This document shows, piece by piece, positions 1 through 10,239 of a DNA stretch of 64,000 bases. A program made the position numbers and the translations under genes. The stretch lies in NCBI GenBank assembly GCA_016700415.1, contig CP065018.1, forward strand, positions 3,765,284 to 3,829,283, given 5' to 3'. The notes beneath the pieces were generated by a model. That model was given only the letters and a program-made list of their open reading frames with translations. It searched no databases and was not told the DNA's origin. Within the stretch, counting starts at the first letter, position 1. The number at the start of each line of letters is the position of its first letter. Source of the stretch: Flavobacteriales bacterium. Its GTDB lineage: Bacteria > Bacteroidota > Bacteroidia > Flavobacteriales_F > PHOS-HE28.

Positions 1-1300
1 CGCAGTTCAGGCGGATGGTGTAAGGGTTGTCCGTGCCGGTGGGGATCATCGGCTTCAGGGCGCGGAGGGCGAGGTTGCCGTGGCCGATCTCGCGGCGTCC
101 GGGGCCACGGATGGGGCGCACTTCACCAACGGAGAAGCTGGGGAAGTTGTAGTGCAGCATGAAGGTATCGCTGCGCTTCACCAATGCTGTGTCCACGGTC
201 TGCTGGTCCATTTTGGAACCTAAGGTCACCATGTTGATGGCCTGGGTCTCACCACGGGTGAAGATTGCGCTGCCGTGCGTTCCGGGCAGTACGTCCACTT
301 CGCTCCAGATGGGGCGGATCTCATCCATTTTGCGACCATCCAAGCGGATGCCCTTCTCCAGCATCGCACGGCGCACACCGGATTTCTGGGCTTTTTTGAA
401 GTAGCGGGCCAGCATGGCCTTCTTCGCCTTTTGCTCATCGGTGAGCGTGGCAACGAAGTCTTCCTTCACCTTGGCGAAGGCTTCGCCGCGCACTTCCTTG
501 GCGCTGGCTTGCAGGGTGATGTCGTAGTATTTCTGGAACGTGCCATCCACGATGGCCTTCTCCAGCTCGGCATCATTCTCCTCGTGGTTGTAGGTGCGCT
601 TGGTCAGGCTCTTGGGCACTGCGGCGGCAAGTTCATTGATCACGCGGCACTGGTCTTGGATAGCCTTGTGGGCGGTCTTGATGCCTTCGATCATTTCAGC
701 TTCGCTCACTTCGAGCATCTCGCCCTCCACCATCATCACGTCGCTGGCGTTGCCGGCCACGATCAGGTCGATGTCAGCGCCCTCCATCTCTTGGAAGGTA
801 GGGTTCACCGTCCACTTGCCTTCGTTGCGGATCACGCGGACCTCGCTTACGGGGCCATTGAAAGGGATGTTGCTAACGGCGATGGCGGCGGAAGCGGCCA
901 AGCAGGCCAGCGCATCGCTGGGGTTCTGCTTGTCGGTGCTCATCAGGCTGATCTGCACTTGGGTGTCGCCGTGGAAGTCGTCGTTGAAGAGCGGGCGCAG
1001 GGCACGGTCCACAAGGCGGCTTACGAGGACCTCCCCGTCGCTGGGGCGGTTCTCACGTTTGAAGAAGCCGCCGGGAAAACGTCCGGCAGCGCTGTACTTT
1101 TCGCGGTATTCCACCTGCAGAGGCAGGAAATCGATGCCCTCGCGGGCTTCCTTGGTGGCCACTACGGTGGCGAGGATGATGGTGTCGCCGCAACGGACGG
1201 TCACGCTGCCGTCGGCCTGCTTGGCGAGGATGCCCGTCTCTAAGCTGATGGTCCTGCCACCGCCGAGGTCGATGGTCTTTTTTACTCCTGTTGGTTTCAT
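1..1300 (-). CDS. pnp: polynucleotide phosphorylase/polyadenylase, N-terminal portion (gene runs off window start)
   Basis: Minus-strand ATG at 1298-1300 translates MKPTGVKKTIDLGGGRTISLETGILAKQADGSVTV..., typical PNPase RNase-PH domain 1; no stop before window edge; plus-strand ORF 275..1243 is antisense artefact. Confidence 0.85.
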   Translation of the reverse strand, partial: MKPTGVKKTIDLGGGRTISLETGILAKQADGSVTVRCGDTIILATVVATKEAREGIDFLPLQVEYREKYSAAGRFPGGFFKRENRPSDGEVLVSRLVDRALRPLFNDDFHGDTQVQISLMSTDKQNPSDALACLAASAAIAVSNIPFNGPVSEVRVIRNEGKWTVNPTFQEMEGADIDLIVAGNASDVMMVEGEMLEVSEAEMIEGIKTAHKAIQDQCRVINELAAAVPKSLTKRTYNHEENDAELEKAIVDGTFQKYYDITLQASAKEVRGEAFAKVKEDFVATLTDEQKAKKAMLARYFKKAQKSGVRRAMLEKGIRLDGRKMDEIRPIWSEVDVLPGTHGSAIFTRGETQAINMVTLGSKMDQQTVDTALVKRSDTFMLHYNFPSFSVGEVRPIRGPGRREIGHGNLALRALKPMIPTGTDNPYTIRLNC

Positions 1301-1468
1301 CTGTTTTTCGTGGCGCGCCTTTCGCGCCTTTTGTTGGTTGATTGTTTTCAGTTGGGGGACCTTCGACAACCTAGCGAATGGCTGTAAAAGGGAAAAGGGC
1401 GACCGTTGCACACGGGTCGCCCTTTTGCCGGTAAGTAGTGCAAGGTGTGTGCTCCACCGGCGTGGAAC

Positions 1469-1738
1469 TCACTTGCGCAGGCCGAGCTTGCCGATGATCG
1501 CGCGGTAACGCTCGATCTCGTGGCTCTTCAAGTAGCCCAAAAGCTGCTTGCGCTTGCCCACCAAGCTCAGTAAAGCCGTCTCGGTGCGGTGGTCTTTTTT
1601 GTTGGACTTCAAGTGCTCGGTAAGGTGCTCGATGCGCTGCGTGAACAGGGCGATCTGCCCTTCCGCACTGCCCGTGTTGGTAGCGGTGCCACCGTGGGTC
1701 TTGAAGATCTCCTGCTTTACCTCTTTCGTTGCGATCAT
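1469..1738 (-). CDS. rpsO: 30S ribosomal protein S15
   Basis: MIATKEVKQEIFKTHGGTATNTGSAEGQIALFTQRIEHLTEHLKSNKKDHRTETALLSLVGKRKQLLGYLK...; 89 aa from internal ATG of track ORF 1469..1879; pnp-rpsO synteny. Confidence 0.9.
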   Translation of the reverse strand: MIATKEVKQEIFKTHGGTATNTGSAEGQIALFTQRIEHLTEHLKSNKKDHRTETALLSLVGKRKQLLGYLKSHEIERYRAIIGKLGLRK

Positions 1739-1901
1739 GGTCGTAGTGTCTGCCTCTTTGGGCCGCCCGTTTGGCGGTTTTAGGGCGCGAATGTACGGTT
1801 TTTTTGAATCTGTCTTGTGTCTGCACTTCAGGGCCCTATTTCTATGAAACCGTGCGCGGCCATGTCTGACACCGACCAACCGACAACTATTCAGTTCCGG
1901 C

Positions 1902-2747
1902 TCATGACCTGAACATCAAGATCAACTGCGCCAGCTTGGCCTTCAGGTCCTTGCGCTCCACGATCAGGTCCAAGAACCCATGCTCCAGCACGAATTCGCT
2001 GGTCTGGAAGCCGGGCGGCAGGTCGTGGCCGATGGTCTCGCGCACTATGCGCGGGCCGGCGAAAGCGACCAAGGCTTTTGGCTCTGCAATGTTGAGGTCG
2101 CCCAGCATGGCGAAGCTGGCGGTGACGCCTCCTGTGGTGGGGTCGGTAAGGATGCTGATGAAGGGCAGTCCCTTCTTGGCCATCATGCTGAGCTTGGCGC
2201 TGGTCTTGGCCATCTGCATCAGGCTGAAGCCGGCCTCCATCATGCGGGCACCGCCGCTTTTGCTGATGATGATCAACGGGCACTTGCGGCGCATCGCGGT
2301 GTCGGCGGCCATGGCGATCTTCTCGCCCACCACGCTGCCCATGCTGCCACCAATGAATTTGAAATCCATGCAGGCGATCACCACGGGCTGCTTTTCCAAT
2401 TTCCCCTCGGCGGCGCGAAGGGCGTCGTTCAAGCCGGTGGCTTTTCGCGTTTTGGCCAAGCGGTCCACATACTTCTTGGTATCAACGAAGCCCAATGGGT
2501 CCCCGGCGATCAGCTTGGCCCCGATCTCCTTGAACATGTTGTCGTCGAAGAGGATGCTGAAATACTCCGCGCTTCCGACCTTCTCATGGTGCTGGCACTT
2601 GGCGCAGACCCAGAGGTTCTTGGCGTGGTCGTCGGAGGTCATGATCTCCGAGCATTCCGGGCACTTGTACCAGAGTCCCTCGGGGGTCTCCTTCTTCTCC
2701 TCGGTGGCGGTGGTGATGCCTTCCTTGACGCGATTGAACCAACCCAT
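1902..2747 (-). CDS. accD: acetyl-CoA carboxylase carboxyltransferase subunit beta
   Basis: MGWFNRVKEGITT...CPECSEIMTSDD...CAKCQHH zinc ribbon then carboxyltransferase domain GGSMGSVVGEKI; start chosen at MGWFNR (2745-2747) inside track ORF 1902..2837. Confidence 0.85.
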   Translation of the reverse strand: MGWFNRVKEGITTATEEKKETPEGLWYKCPECSEIMTSDDHAKNLWVCAKCQHHEKVGSAEYFSILFDDNMFKEIGAKLIAGDPLGFVDTKKYVDRLAKTRKATGLNDALRAAEGKLEKQPVVIACMDFKFIGGSMGSVVGEKIAMAADTAMRRKCPLIIISKSGGARMMEAGFSLMQMAKTSAKLSMMAKKGLPFISILTDPTTGGVTASFAMLGDLNIAEPKALVAFAGPRIVRETIGHDLPPGFQTSEFVLEHGFLDLIVERKDLKAKLAQLILMFRS

Positions 2748-2904
2748 GCGTGATGTTTGATCAAGCGAAGTTAAGTGCTCCGAGTTCAGTGGATGACCGC
2801 CCTTGCTTCGCTTACCTTCCTTGCCTCCCTTCCCCACTTCGCCAAGTGATGGAAGCTATGGAGGTAAAGGAAGTACAGGAGGTGGTGGGGGAGTGGAACT
2901 CCAC

Positions 2905-3978
2905 TTACGCGATCGTCACCTTCTTGTCCAAGTACACGTCCTGGATGGCGTTCAGCAGTTGCACGCCTTCTTTCATGGGGCGCTGGAAGGCTTTGCGGCC
3001 ACTGATCAGACCCTGTCCACCGGCGCGCTTGTTGATCACTGCGGTGCGCACGGCTTCGGCCAGGTCGCTGGCACCGCTGCTGGCTCCGCCGCTGTTGATC
3101 AAGCCGATGCGGCCCATGTAGCAGTTGGCCACTTGGTAACGGCAGAGGTCGATCGGATGGTCGGTGGTGAGGTCGCTGTATACTTTCTTGTGCGTCTTTC
3201 CGTATCCGCTGCCCATGGCGGTGTAGCCACCGTTGGACTCGGGCAATTTCTGCTTGATGATGTCCGCTTGGATGGTGACGCCGAGGTGGTTGGCTTGTGC
3301 GGTGAGGTCTGCGGCGGTGTGGTAGTCTTTGCCGTCCTTTTTGAAGCCCGGGTTGCGCAGATAGCACCAGAGAATGGTGGCCATGCCCAGCTCGTGCGCG
3401 TACTGGAATGCCTCGGCCACTTCAGTGATCTGGCGGGTGCTCTCGTCGCTGCCGAAGTAGATGGTGGCGCCCACGGCCACGGCGCCCATGTCCCATGCGC
3501 TTTCCACCGTGCCGAACATCACCTGGTCGAACTTGTTCGGCAGGGTCATCAGCTCGTTGTGGTTGAGCTTCACGATGAAGGGGATCTTGTGAGCATACTT
3601 CCGCGCCACGCTGCCCAGCACGCCGTAGGTGGAGGCCACGGCATTGCAGCCGCCTTCCATGGCCAGTTCAACGATCTTGTCCCCGTCGAAATAGATGGGG
3701 TTCGGTGCGAAACTGGCGCCACCGCTGTGCTCGATGCCTTGGTCCACGGGCAGGATGCTCATGTAGCCGCTGTTGGCCAGTCGGCCATTGCCGTAGAGCG
3801 CCTGGATGCTGCGCATCACCTGCGGATTGCGGTTGCTCAGCGCGAAGGAGCGGTCCACGAAATCAGGGCCGGGCAGGTTCAATTGGGCTTTTTCAATGGT
3901 CTTGCAGGTGTGCCCCAGAAGGCTTTCCGCATCGGCGCCCAACAGTTCGTTCAAATTCCCGGTTTTCATAGTGCTCAT
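2905..3978 (-). CDS. fbaB: class I fructose-bisphosphate aldolase (FbaB/DhnA family)
   Basis: 357 aa; near-colinear similarity to E. coli FbaB ([73 protein letters not shown]). Confidence 0.85.
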   Translation of the reverse strand: MSTMKTGNLNELLGADAESLLGHTCKTIEKAQLNLPGPDFVDRSFALSNRNPQVMRSIQALYGNGRLANSGYMSILPVDQGIEHSGGASFAPNPIYFDGDKIVELAMEGGCNAVASTYGVLGSVARKYAHKIPFIVKLNHNELMTLPNKFDQVMFGTVESAWDMGAVAVGATIYFGSDESTRQITEVAEAFQYAHELGMATILWCYLRNPGFKKDGKDYHTAADLTAQANHLGVTIQADIIKQKLPESNGGYTAMGSGYGKTHKKVYSDLTTDHPIDLCRYQVANCYMGRIGLINSGGASSGASDLAEAVRTAVINKRAGGQGLISGRKAFQRPMKEGVQLLNAIQDVYLDKKVTIA

Positions 3979-4214
3979 GTGGCTACGCTAAAAATTTGGC
4001 CGCAAAGGTAGGGTTTGGTGGAGGCTATTGAGAACCGATCTCACCATAGAGGTACTGAGGGCCCGAGGAACAGGTGACAGTATGCAGTATGTAGTCTCCA
4101 GTGGCAGTCGGCCGTAGCAGTTCGTAGCAGCCCGATCACTATCCACGGATAACCAACTGCATTTCTTCGCGCCTCCGCGTCTCTGCGACCATACTCTCTG
4201 TGGATCACGGTAGA

Positions 4215-6758
4215 TCAGAACGGATATCCGATCCCCAGATTGAAATTCAACTTGTTGCCCAAGGTGGTGGTCAACTCCGGTGACTTGGGCTGGAAGAGCC
4301 AGCGCTGTCCCATGGGCAGGCCGGGATCCTTGGTCTGCAGCCCGAGGTCAAAGCGTACGAGGAAGAAATCGAAGTTGAGCCGCGCGCCCACACCGGTGCC
4401 GAAGGCCAGTTCACCGGCCGCCTTGCCGATCTGGAAACCACTGCCGGGCTTGGCGGGGTTTTCCTGGAGGTCCCAGATATTCCCGATGTCCACGAAGAAG
4501 GCACCTTCGAGGTAGCCGATCAGCTTGAACCGGTATTCCGCGTTGCCTTCGATGCGGATCTCGCCCACGCGGTCGAACGCGTCCAATGGGGCGCTGTAGG
4601 AGCCGGGGCCCAGGGAGCGCGCGCGCCAGGCCCGTATGCCGTTCGCCCCACCGCTGAAGAAACTGCTTTCGAAGGGCAGTACCCCCAAGTTTCCGAAGGG
4701 CACGCCCACGCCGGCATCCACGCGGAAGGCCAGACTGCTTTTGGAGTGGATGGTGTGGTAATAGCGCATGTCGTTCTCCACCTTCACGAACTGGGCGAAA
4801 CGCACCCCGGCCAGCGTATAGAAGCTGTTGCCCGCCGTGTCGGTCTGCTGGTCCGTCCGAAAGGCCTCGTTCGTCAACCGCAGCAGGTTTCCCGCGGTCT
4901 GGAGCGTGGGGCGCCATAAAAAGACGTTCCGCTTGTGGTCCCCTTCCTGTGTGTTCAAGGTGAGGGTGGCCCGGGCACCGGCGATCACGTGGTCGGTATA
5001 GCTGTCGCGCAGCACCGCATCGTTGGAGGTCCGGATGAAATCCTGGAAGCCTGTGCTGATCAACGGGATCCGGATGATGTTCACCTCCGCCGGGTACAGG
5101 GCCATGGACAGGGTGCGGCTCTTGTTCCATTCATAGCCGTAGCTCATCTTGGCCAAGGTGCGCGTATAGTCAGGCCGGCGCTGATAGTTGTACAGCAGAT
5201 TTACGGCGGTACGCCTGCCCCAGGTGTTCGGCCAGCGGTCATCGGTGTTCCAGAAGGGGATGATGAAGCGGGGAAAGCGGATGGTGACCTCCGGGCCGAT
5301 CTCCACGGTGTTGAAGAGCACGTCGTGGCCCACGTCGGAACTGGCATCACCGGCGGAGCCGCGGCCGTCCAGGCTCTGTTGCGCCTCTAAGCCGAGCGCC
5401 ATCCGGGCCTGTATGGAGCCCATGCTCCGGAAGAGGTTTTTATGGCGGTAGTTCAGGCTGACGGAGGTGCCCAAGAAGCCGCCGCGGTTGGTGCCGAAGC
5501 CTTCGAGCGAGAGGCTCTGCCGCTTGCTGGGGATGACGTCGATCAAGCAATCGGCCTGGTTGTGGGACCGGGTCTGTGTGGTGTCGAAGGTGATGTCAAC
5601 GCGGTTGAACACGTTCAGGTTGAGCAGGCGGCGGTACGTGCGGTCGTTGGTGGTCTCGCTGAACTTGGACCCTCCCTTCAGGAGGAGGCTGCTGCTCAAT
5701 GCCTTCGGGCGGTAGGCCGGTCTCTTCCCGGTGAAAAGGAAGGTGTAGTTCTTGTATTCCACGGTGTCCGACGGCAAGGGTTTCTTGCCGAAGCCGGGGC
5801 GTTGCGTCATGTCCACCGTGATGTCCTCCAGGAAGTACACGGTCCCTTCCGGGGTGCCCGCCAAGCCGCGCCTCCCGCGGGCCAAGGGACGCTCGAAGCG
5901 GAGCTGCAGGTCCACCTCCTGGTCCCCGGCGCTGGTGTCCGCCACATATTGCAGCAGGTCCCGCGTGAAATAGAGGTAGCCCTGCTTCCGGAGCATTTCG
6001 GTGATGCGGTTGCGTTCCTTATCGAGCACGTCGGCGTCGAAGCGGATGCCGGGGACCAGCAGGGTGGAAGCCCGGGAGGCGCGCACCAGGCTGTCGATGG
6101 CGGGATCGTCCACGGACCATTCCGCCGAACAGATCGTGTAAGGTCGGCCCGCCGTGATGCGGTATTCCACCTCCGCCTTGGGTTGGCGGAAGGCACTGCC
6201 CCGCTTGTTCGAAAAAAGCCTGGAGCGCTCGAAGAAGATGGTGTCGGAAACGGTGGCATTGAAGAAACCCTCTTTGCCGAGGTAGAGCTTCAGTTGGTCC
6301 ACGCTGCGGTCCACCAAGGAACTGTCCAGGATCACCGGAGCCTCGCCCACATCTTCGCGCAGCCACACACGGAGCGTCCGCCGGCACTCTTTGTCCTTCA
6401 CTTGCTTCGGTTCCTTGCCGCGCGCGATGCGCTTGGCGTTTTTCGCTACGGCCTTTTCCGCTCGCCGGACGTTCTTCACGGCACAGATCGAATCCACCTC
6501 TGCCTTGCGACTTGCCGTTTTTTCCGGGCTGCTCCAGTTGTAGAAGTGGAGGTAAAGGCGTTGGCCCAGCACTTTGTTGTTGGGCTTCTGCTTGAGGATG
6601 CCCTTCAGCTCATCCGTGGTAAGGTCCTTGGCATCTGACTTCACGATGTTCCGCACCAAGAGATGCTCGCCCTTGGGCACGCGTTTGGTCGGGTTGCACG
6701 CCGCCAGCAGGGCCGTGACGGCGACCAAGAGGGGGATATGGAACTTGCTGTAGCGCAC
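4215..6758 (-). CDS. Omp85/BamA-TamA family outer-membrane protein with POTRA region and C-terminal beta-barrel
   Basis: 847 aa, N-terminal lipoprotein-like signal (LLAACN), repeated POTRA-like segments, C-terminal aromatic-rich beta-strands ending ...LGIGYPF. Confidence 0.7.
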   Translation of the reverse strand: MRYSKFHIPLLVAVTALLAACNPTKRVPKGEHLLVRNIVKSDAKDLTTDELKGILKQKPNNKVLGQRLYLHFYNWSSPEKTASRKAEVDSICAVKNVRRAEKAVAKNAKRIARGKEPKQVKDKECRRTLRVWLREDVGEAPVILDSSLVDRSVDQLKLYLGKEGFFNATVSDTIFFERSRLFSNKRGSAFRQPKAEVEYRITAGRPYTICSAEWSVDDPAIDSLVRASRASTLLVPGIRFDADVLDKERNRITEMLRKQGYLYFTRDLLQYVADTSAGDQEVDLQLRFERPLARGRRGLAGTPEGTVYFLEDITVDMTQRPGFGKKPLPSDTVEYKNYTFLFTGKRPAYRPKALSSSLLLKGGSKFSETTNDRTYRRLLNLNVFNRVDITFDTTQTRSHNQADCLIDVIPSKRQSLSLEGFGTNRGGFLGTSVSLNYRHKNLFRSMGSIQARMALGLEAQQSLDGRGSAGDASSDVGHDVLFNTVEIGPEVTIRFPRFIIPFWNTDDRWPNTWGRRTAVNLLYNYQRRPDYTRTLAKMSYGYEWNKSRTLSMALYPAEVNIIRIPLISTGFQDFIRTSNDAVLRDSYTDHVIAGARATLTLNTQEGDHKRNVFLWRPTLQTAGNLLRLTNEAFRTDQQTDTAGNSFYTLAGVRFAQFVKVENDMRYYHTIHSKSSLAFRVDAGVGVPFGNLGVLPFESSFFSGGANGIRAWRARSLGPGSYSAPLDAFDRVGEIRIEGNAEYRFKLIGYLEGAFFVDIGNIWDLQENPAKPGSGFQIGKAAGELAFGTGVGARLNFDFFLVRFDLGLQTKDPGLPMGQRWLFQPKSPELTTTLGNKLNFNLGIGYPF

Positions 6759-6835
6759 GGATAGGCGGAAGGACGGCTAATTTGCGCGGCGATGTACGGA
6801 AAGACCATGCCACGGCGGGCGAAGATATTCGGCAA

Positions 6836-7573
6836 ATGAGCGGGGGCCATGTGAAGCGCATGCGTGCGCTGCATCAGCGCAAGTTCCGGGAGGCCGAAGG
6901 GCTGTTCCTGGTGCAGGGGCGGAAGATGCTGCGCGAACTGCTGGCCACCCGGTTCGAGGTGGTGGAGCTGCATGCCACGGAAGAAGCGGCCCGTGAAATG
7001 GGCCTTGCCGACGCGGTCATTTCCCCTGCGCATGATCTGGAGCGCATGGGCACTTTTACTCAGGGCAACGAGATGGTAGCGGTGGTGCGGAAACCGGCCC
7101 CGGCCTCGCTGATCTTGCCAGCGGCCGACCGTTTCGTGCTGGCCGTGGACGACGTTTCCGACCCCGGCAACCTCGGCACATTGCTGCGCATCGCGGACTG
7201 GTTCGGAGCGGAACAGTTGTGGTGCTCCACCGAAAGCGTGGAGGTCTGGAATCCGAAATGCGTGCAGGCGAGCATGGGTTCGATCTTCCGCGTACCGGTG
7301 GTGCCGACCGAACTGCCCGCTGCATTGCGGCAGGCTGCTGAAGGAGGCGTTCATATCTACAAGGCCGAAGCCTCGGGCGCGGATGTTTTCACCGTGAAGT
7401 TGGCCCGACCCGCCGTGCTGGTGCTGGGCAGTGAATCACACGGACTGTCGAAATGCGTGTTGGATGCGCCCGGAAGTTCCATCGCTATTCCGTCCTTCGG
7501 CGGGGCGGAATCGTTGAACGTTTCAGCGGCGGCGGCTGCGCTTTGTATGGAGCTGGTGCGGCATGGGCGGTGA
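6836..7573 (+). CDS. TrmH/SpoU-family RNA 2'-O-methyltransferase
   Basis: MSGGHVKRMRALHQRKFREAEGLFLVQG (substrate-binding N-domain) then SPOUT motifs DDVSDPGNLGTLLRIADWFG, LVLGSESHGLS, IPSFGGAESLNVSAAAA; start at 6836 preferred over track 6782. Confidence 0.8.
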   Translation: MSGGHVKRMRALHQRKFREAEGLFLVQGRKMLRELLATRFEVVELHATEEAAREMGLADAVISPAHDLERMGTFTQGNEMVAVVRKPAPASLILPAADRFVLAVDDVSDPGNLGTLLRIADWFGAEQLWCSTESVEVWNPKCVQASMGSIFRVPVVPTELPAALRQAAEGGVHIYKAEASGADVFTVKLARPAVLVLGSESHGLSKCVLDAPGSSIAIPSFGGAESLNVSAAAAALCMELVRHGR

Positions 7574-7627
7574 TCGTTCCTGTTCCCTCAGATTATGCAC
7601 AAAGGATTAAAAGTAGGCAAAACATAG

Positions 7628-9014
7628 GGGAGTATTCCGAAATGTGTGTCAATCTGCACTGAGGCACGGTGACATTCTCCTGGCCCCAAGCCAAAGGAGA
7701 ATGTCTCCGTGCCGGATCCTCAGACCAGCACATGGGCCAATCTTTCGGGGTACATGTTGCTCAACGACTGAAGGATCTGCGGCCAGCTGCGGACCTTTCT
7801 CTTCCAGCTTTTCTCGTTGTGCTTAAGTGTCAAATATAATTGCTTCTCCAAGGCACTTTCGCTGATGAACGCACCCTTGGTCTTGGTGGCCTTGCGAAGA
7901 ATGCGGTGCAGGGCCTCCACCGGGTTCGTGGTGTAGATCACCCTGCGTATGGCATCGGGATGATCAAAGAACGGGCTTAGCTCGCACCAGTCTTTCTCCC
8001 ACTTGGCCGCGATCTCCGGATATCTCCCTACCCATTCCCGCTTGAACTCCTGGAGCTTTTCCCAGGCCGCTTCGGGACTATCCTGCTGGTAGATCGAACG
8101 CAGTCCTTGGCAAACTGTCTTGTAGTCCTTCCAAGAGACGAACTTCAAGCTGGTGCGCACCATATGGACGATGCAGCGCTGTACGACCGCTCGCGTGAAT
8201 ACGCCTTGGATCGCCTCGCTGAAGCCGTTCAGGCCGTCCACGCTGAAGAACAGCACGTCCTTTACCCCGCGGTCCTTGATGTTCTCCAGAACGCGCGCCC
8301 AATGGCGTGCTCCTTCCGCATCGCCGATGAACAAGCCGAGAACATCACGTTCCCCGTCCATCCTCACCCCGTATACCGAGTAAACGGCTTTGGTCAACAC
8401 CTTTCTATTCTCCCGGACCTTGTAGTGGACCGCATCGAGATAAATGACCACGTACACCTCTTCCAGCGGGCGGTTGCGCCATGTCTCGATCTCCTCGAAC
8501 ACCCGGTCGGTGATCGAGCTGATGAACGATGGGGAGTAGCTCACCCCGTACATCTTCTTTAGATGGTCCCCAATGTCCTCGTAGCTGGTGCCCTTGCCGT
8601 ACAGATGCAGGATCTGGTTCTCCAGTTCGGGGGCCAGCGACCGGTCCCACTTCTTGATGATCGTCGGCTCAAAACTGCCGTTGCGGTCTCGCGGAGGCCT
8701 GACCGAAACGGGACCCAGTGCCGTTCTCACGGTCTTGTCGGTGTAGCCGTTGCGCCTATTGCTCCGCTTCTTCTCCTGGTCCAAATGCGCGTCCATCTCC
8801 CCTTCGAAGGCGGCGGAAAGCAGGCGGCCGATCATGCCCGTGAGCACACCGTGTTCTCCGATCAGGCCCTTGCCTTCTGTCAATCCTTGGATGGCTTCTT
8901 GCTCGAACTTGGCGTAGTCGAACGCCTTCTCTTTTTCAACTTTTCTCTTTTTCATGGGGCAAGTTTCTGAATGGTTTGTCAAACTATCCTTGACACACTT
9001 TTCAGAATACTCTC
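7628..9014. mobile_element. IS256-family insertion sequence (about 1387 bp) with 8-bp target-site duplication AAACATAG
   Basis: Imperfect terminal IRs GGGAGTATTCCGAAATGTGTGTCAA (7628-) and reverse complement of ...TTGACACACTTTTCAGAATACTCTC (-9014); identical direct repeats AAACATAG at 7620-7627 and 9015-9022; encodes mutator-type transposase. Confidence 0.85.
7720..8955 (-). CDS. IS256-family (mutator-type) transposase
   Basis: MKKRKVEKEKAFDYAKFEQEAIQGL...YLDAVHYKVRENRKV...FFSVDGLNGF...CIVHMVRTS; DDE transposase of IS256 family; track ORF extends to 8982 (MTNHSETCP...) which would run into the right IR. Confidence 0.85.
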   Translation of the reverse strand: MKKRKVEKEKAFDYAKFEQEAIQGLTEGKGLIGEHGVLTGMIGRLLSAAFEGEMDAHLDQEKKRSNRRNGYTDKTVRTALGPVSVRPPRDRNGSFEPTIIKKWDRSLAPELENQILHLYGKGTSYEDIGDHLKKMYGVSYSPSFISSITDRVFEEIETWRNRPLEEVYVVIYLDAVHYKVRENRKVLTKAVYSVYGVRMDGERDVLGLFIGDAEGARHWARVLENIKDRGVKDVLFFSVDGLNGFSEAIQGVFTRAVVQRCIVHMVRTSLKFVSWKDYKTVCQGLRSIYQQDSPEAAWEKLQEFKREWVGRYPEIAAKWEKDWCELSPFFDHPDAIRRVIYTTNPVEALHRILRKATKTKGAFISESALEKQLYLTLKHNEKSWKRKVRSWPQILQSLSNMYPERLAHVLV

Positions 9015-9171
9015 AAACATAGTGACTCCCGTAAACTACATTTTACTAAGCTTCACTCCCGAAATGGAACGATCCGCCACACATTCGCCCGCAGGGATGT
9101 CCGCTTCGGGGCCGATACGTATCGGACCGAACAGTTCATCAGCGTGGGTGCCGAGCGAAGTCGAGGTGCAT

Positions 9172-9404
9172 CAACCCGTCAACCCGTCAACCCGTCAACC
9201 CGTCAACCCGTCAACCCGTCAACCCGTCAACCCGTCAACCCGTCAACCCGTCAACCCGTCAACCCGTCAACCCGTCAACCCGTCAACCCGTCAACCCGTC
9301 AACCCGTCAACCCGTCAACCCGTCAACCCGTCAACCCGTCAACCCGTCAACCCGTCAACCCGTCAACCCGTCAACCCGTCAACCCGTCAACCCGTCAACC
9401 CGTC
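9172..9404. repeat. perfect tandem microsatellite, 8-bp unit CAACCCGT (CCGTCAAC) x about 29
   Basis: Uninterrupted cgtcaacc repeats from 9172 to 9404; unit length not a multiple of 3; plus strand open in all frames, minus strand has a stop in each unit. Confidence 0.95.
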
Positions 9405-9487
9405 TTCTAAAGTTACCTTCAGTACTTCCTCCTCCACGCTCCCGGCTTGGGTGTTTCCACACGCGGCATAGTGCAAAACCCCTTGCC

Positions 9488-9997
9488 ATGTTGCGCGGTG
9501 GCCTCTTAGCCTTGTTCCTGGCCTGCCCGCTTTGGGCTTACCTTCGGGTTCCCATGGAAACCGTGCAGTCCCGGTCCGCATGGGCCTGCGTGCGATCCGC
9601 TGCGGGCATGGGCATGGACAAGCACAGCCATAGTTGGAACGCTGATGCAAGAACCAACCTGCGTTGCGAACAGGGACCCGATACCACGAAAACATCCCGT
9701 GCGGAACAGGTGGGCAGCTACCAACACCCGGACCCGGAAGTGTATAGGGAAATACTGTGGCAGATGAAGATGGATCGCCAGCGCCAAGCGACAACGCTGG
9801 AAGGATGCGCAAGCCAACTGCATGAACTTCAACAGCGTGTGGATTTCCTGGAATTGTACGTGGACGAGCTGCGGAAGCACATTGCTTACGAACTTCCCAT
9901 CTCACATGAGGCTCCTACACTCACACCTGCACAAGCGCAATACCTGCGGGAATTGATCCAGAGACCAGTGCCGACCCCATCAACAGAAGAAAAATAA
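9488..9997 (+). CDS. hypothetical protein (weak call)
   Basis: 169-aa ORF downstream of microsatellite; N-terminus hydrophobic (LLALFLACPLWAYL); no recognisable domain; could be non-coding. Confidence 0.25.
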   Translation: MLRGGLLALFLACPLWAYLRVPMETVQSRSAWACVRSAAGMGMDKHSHSWNADARTNLRCEQGPDTTKTSRAEQVGSYQHPDPEVYREILWQMKMDRQRQATTLEGCASQLHELQQRVDFLELYVDELRKHIAYELPISHEAPTLTPAQAQYLRELIQRPVPTPSTEEK

Positions 9998-10239
9998 AAA
10001 AAGCCCCCGGTGCTATGAACACCGAGGGCCGTAACTCCAGTCCCACGAACACGCGAATGAACATGAAACAGAGATAGCAAAGATACGATCCTCCCTGGAG
10101 CAAGCCGCATGCCGGGTGGGACGGTGAGCACCCGGTATCCACGATCACGTGGCCGGAAGCGGAAAGCATCTTTGGGAAAACCTAGCGTGTCTTCCAAGTG
10201 CCGAAGAAGCGGTGAACAAGAAAGGAGAAAAACAAAAAC

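Noticed and set aside
275-1243. Long plus-strand ORFs antisense to real genes (also 2803..4011, 5442..6638, 18230..19423, 19330..20589, 32189..34066, 36014..36877, 37557..39032 minus, 47477..49207 minus, 57279..58466 minus)
   Set aside because: High GC suppresses stop codons; each lies opposite a gene with strong recognisable homology, has Ala/Arg/Gly/His-rich low-complexity composition and no homology
9172-9404. Tandem repeat array considered as a CRISPR array
   Set aside because: Unit is only 8 bp with no intervening unique spacers and no cas genes nearby; it is a microsatellite, not CRISPR
8971-9471. ORF spanning the microsatellite (and the nested 9144..9410 ORF)
   Set aside because: Starts inside the IS256 right inverted repeat; translation is a pure PVNPSTRQ repeat with no flanking protein-like sequence
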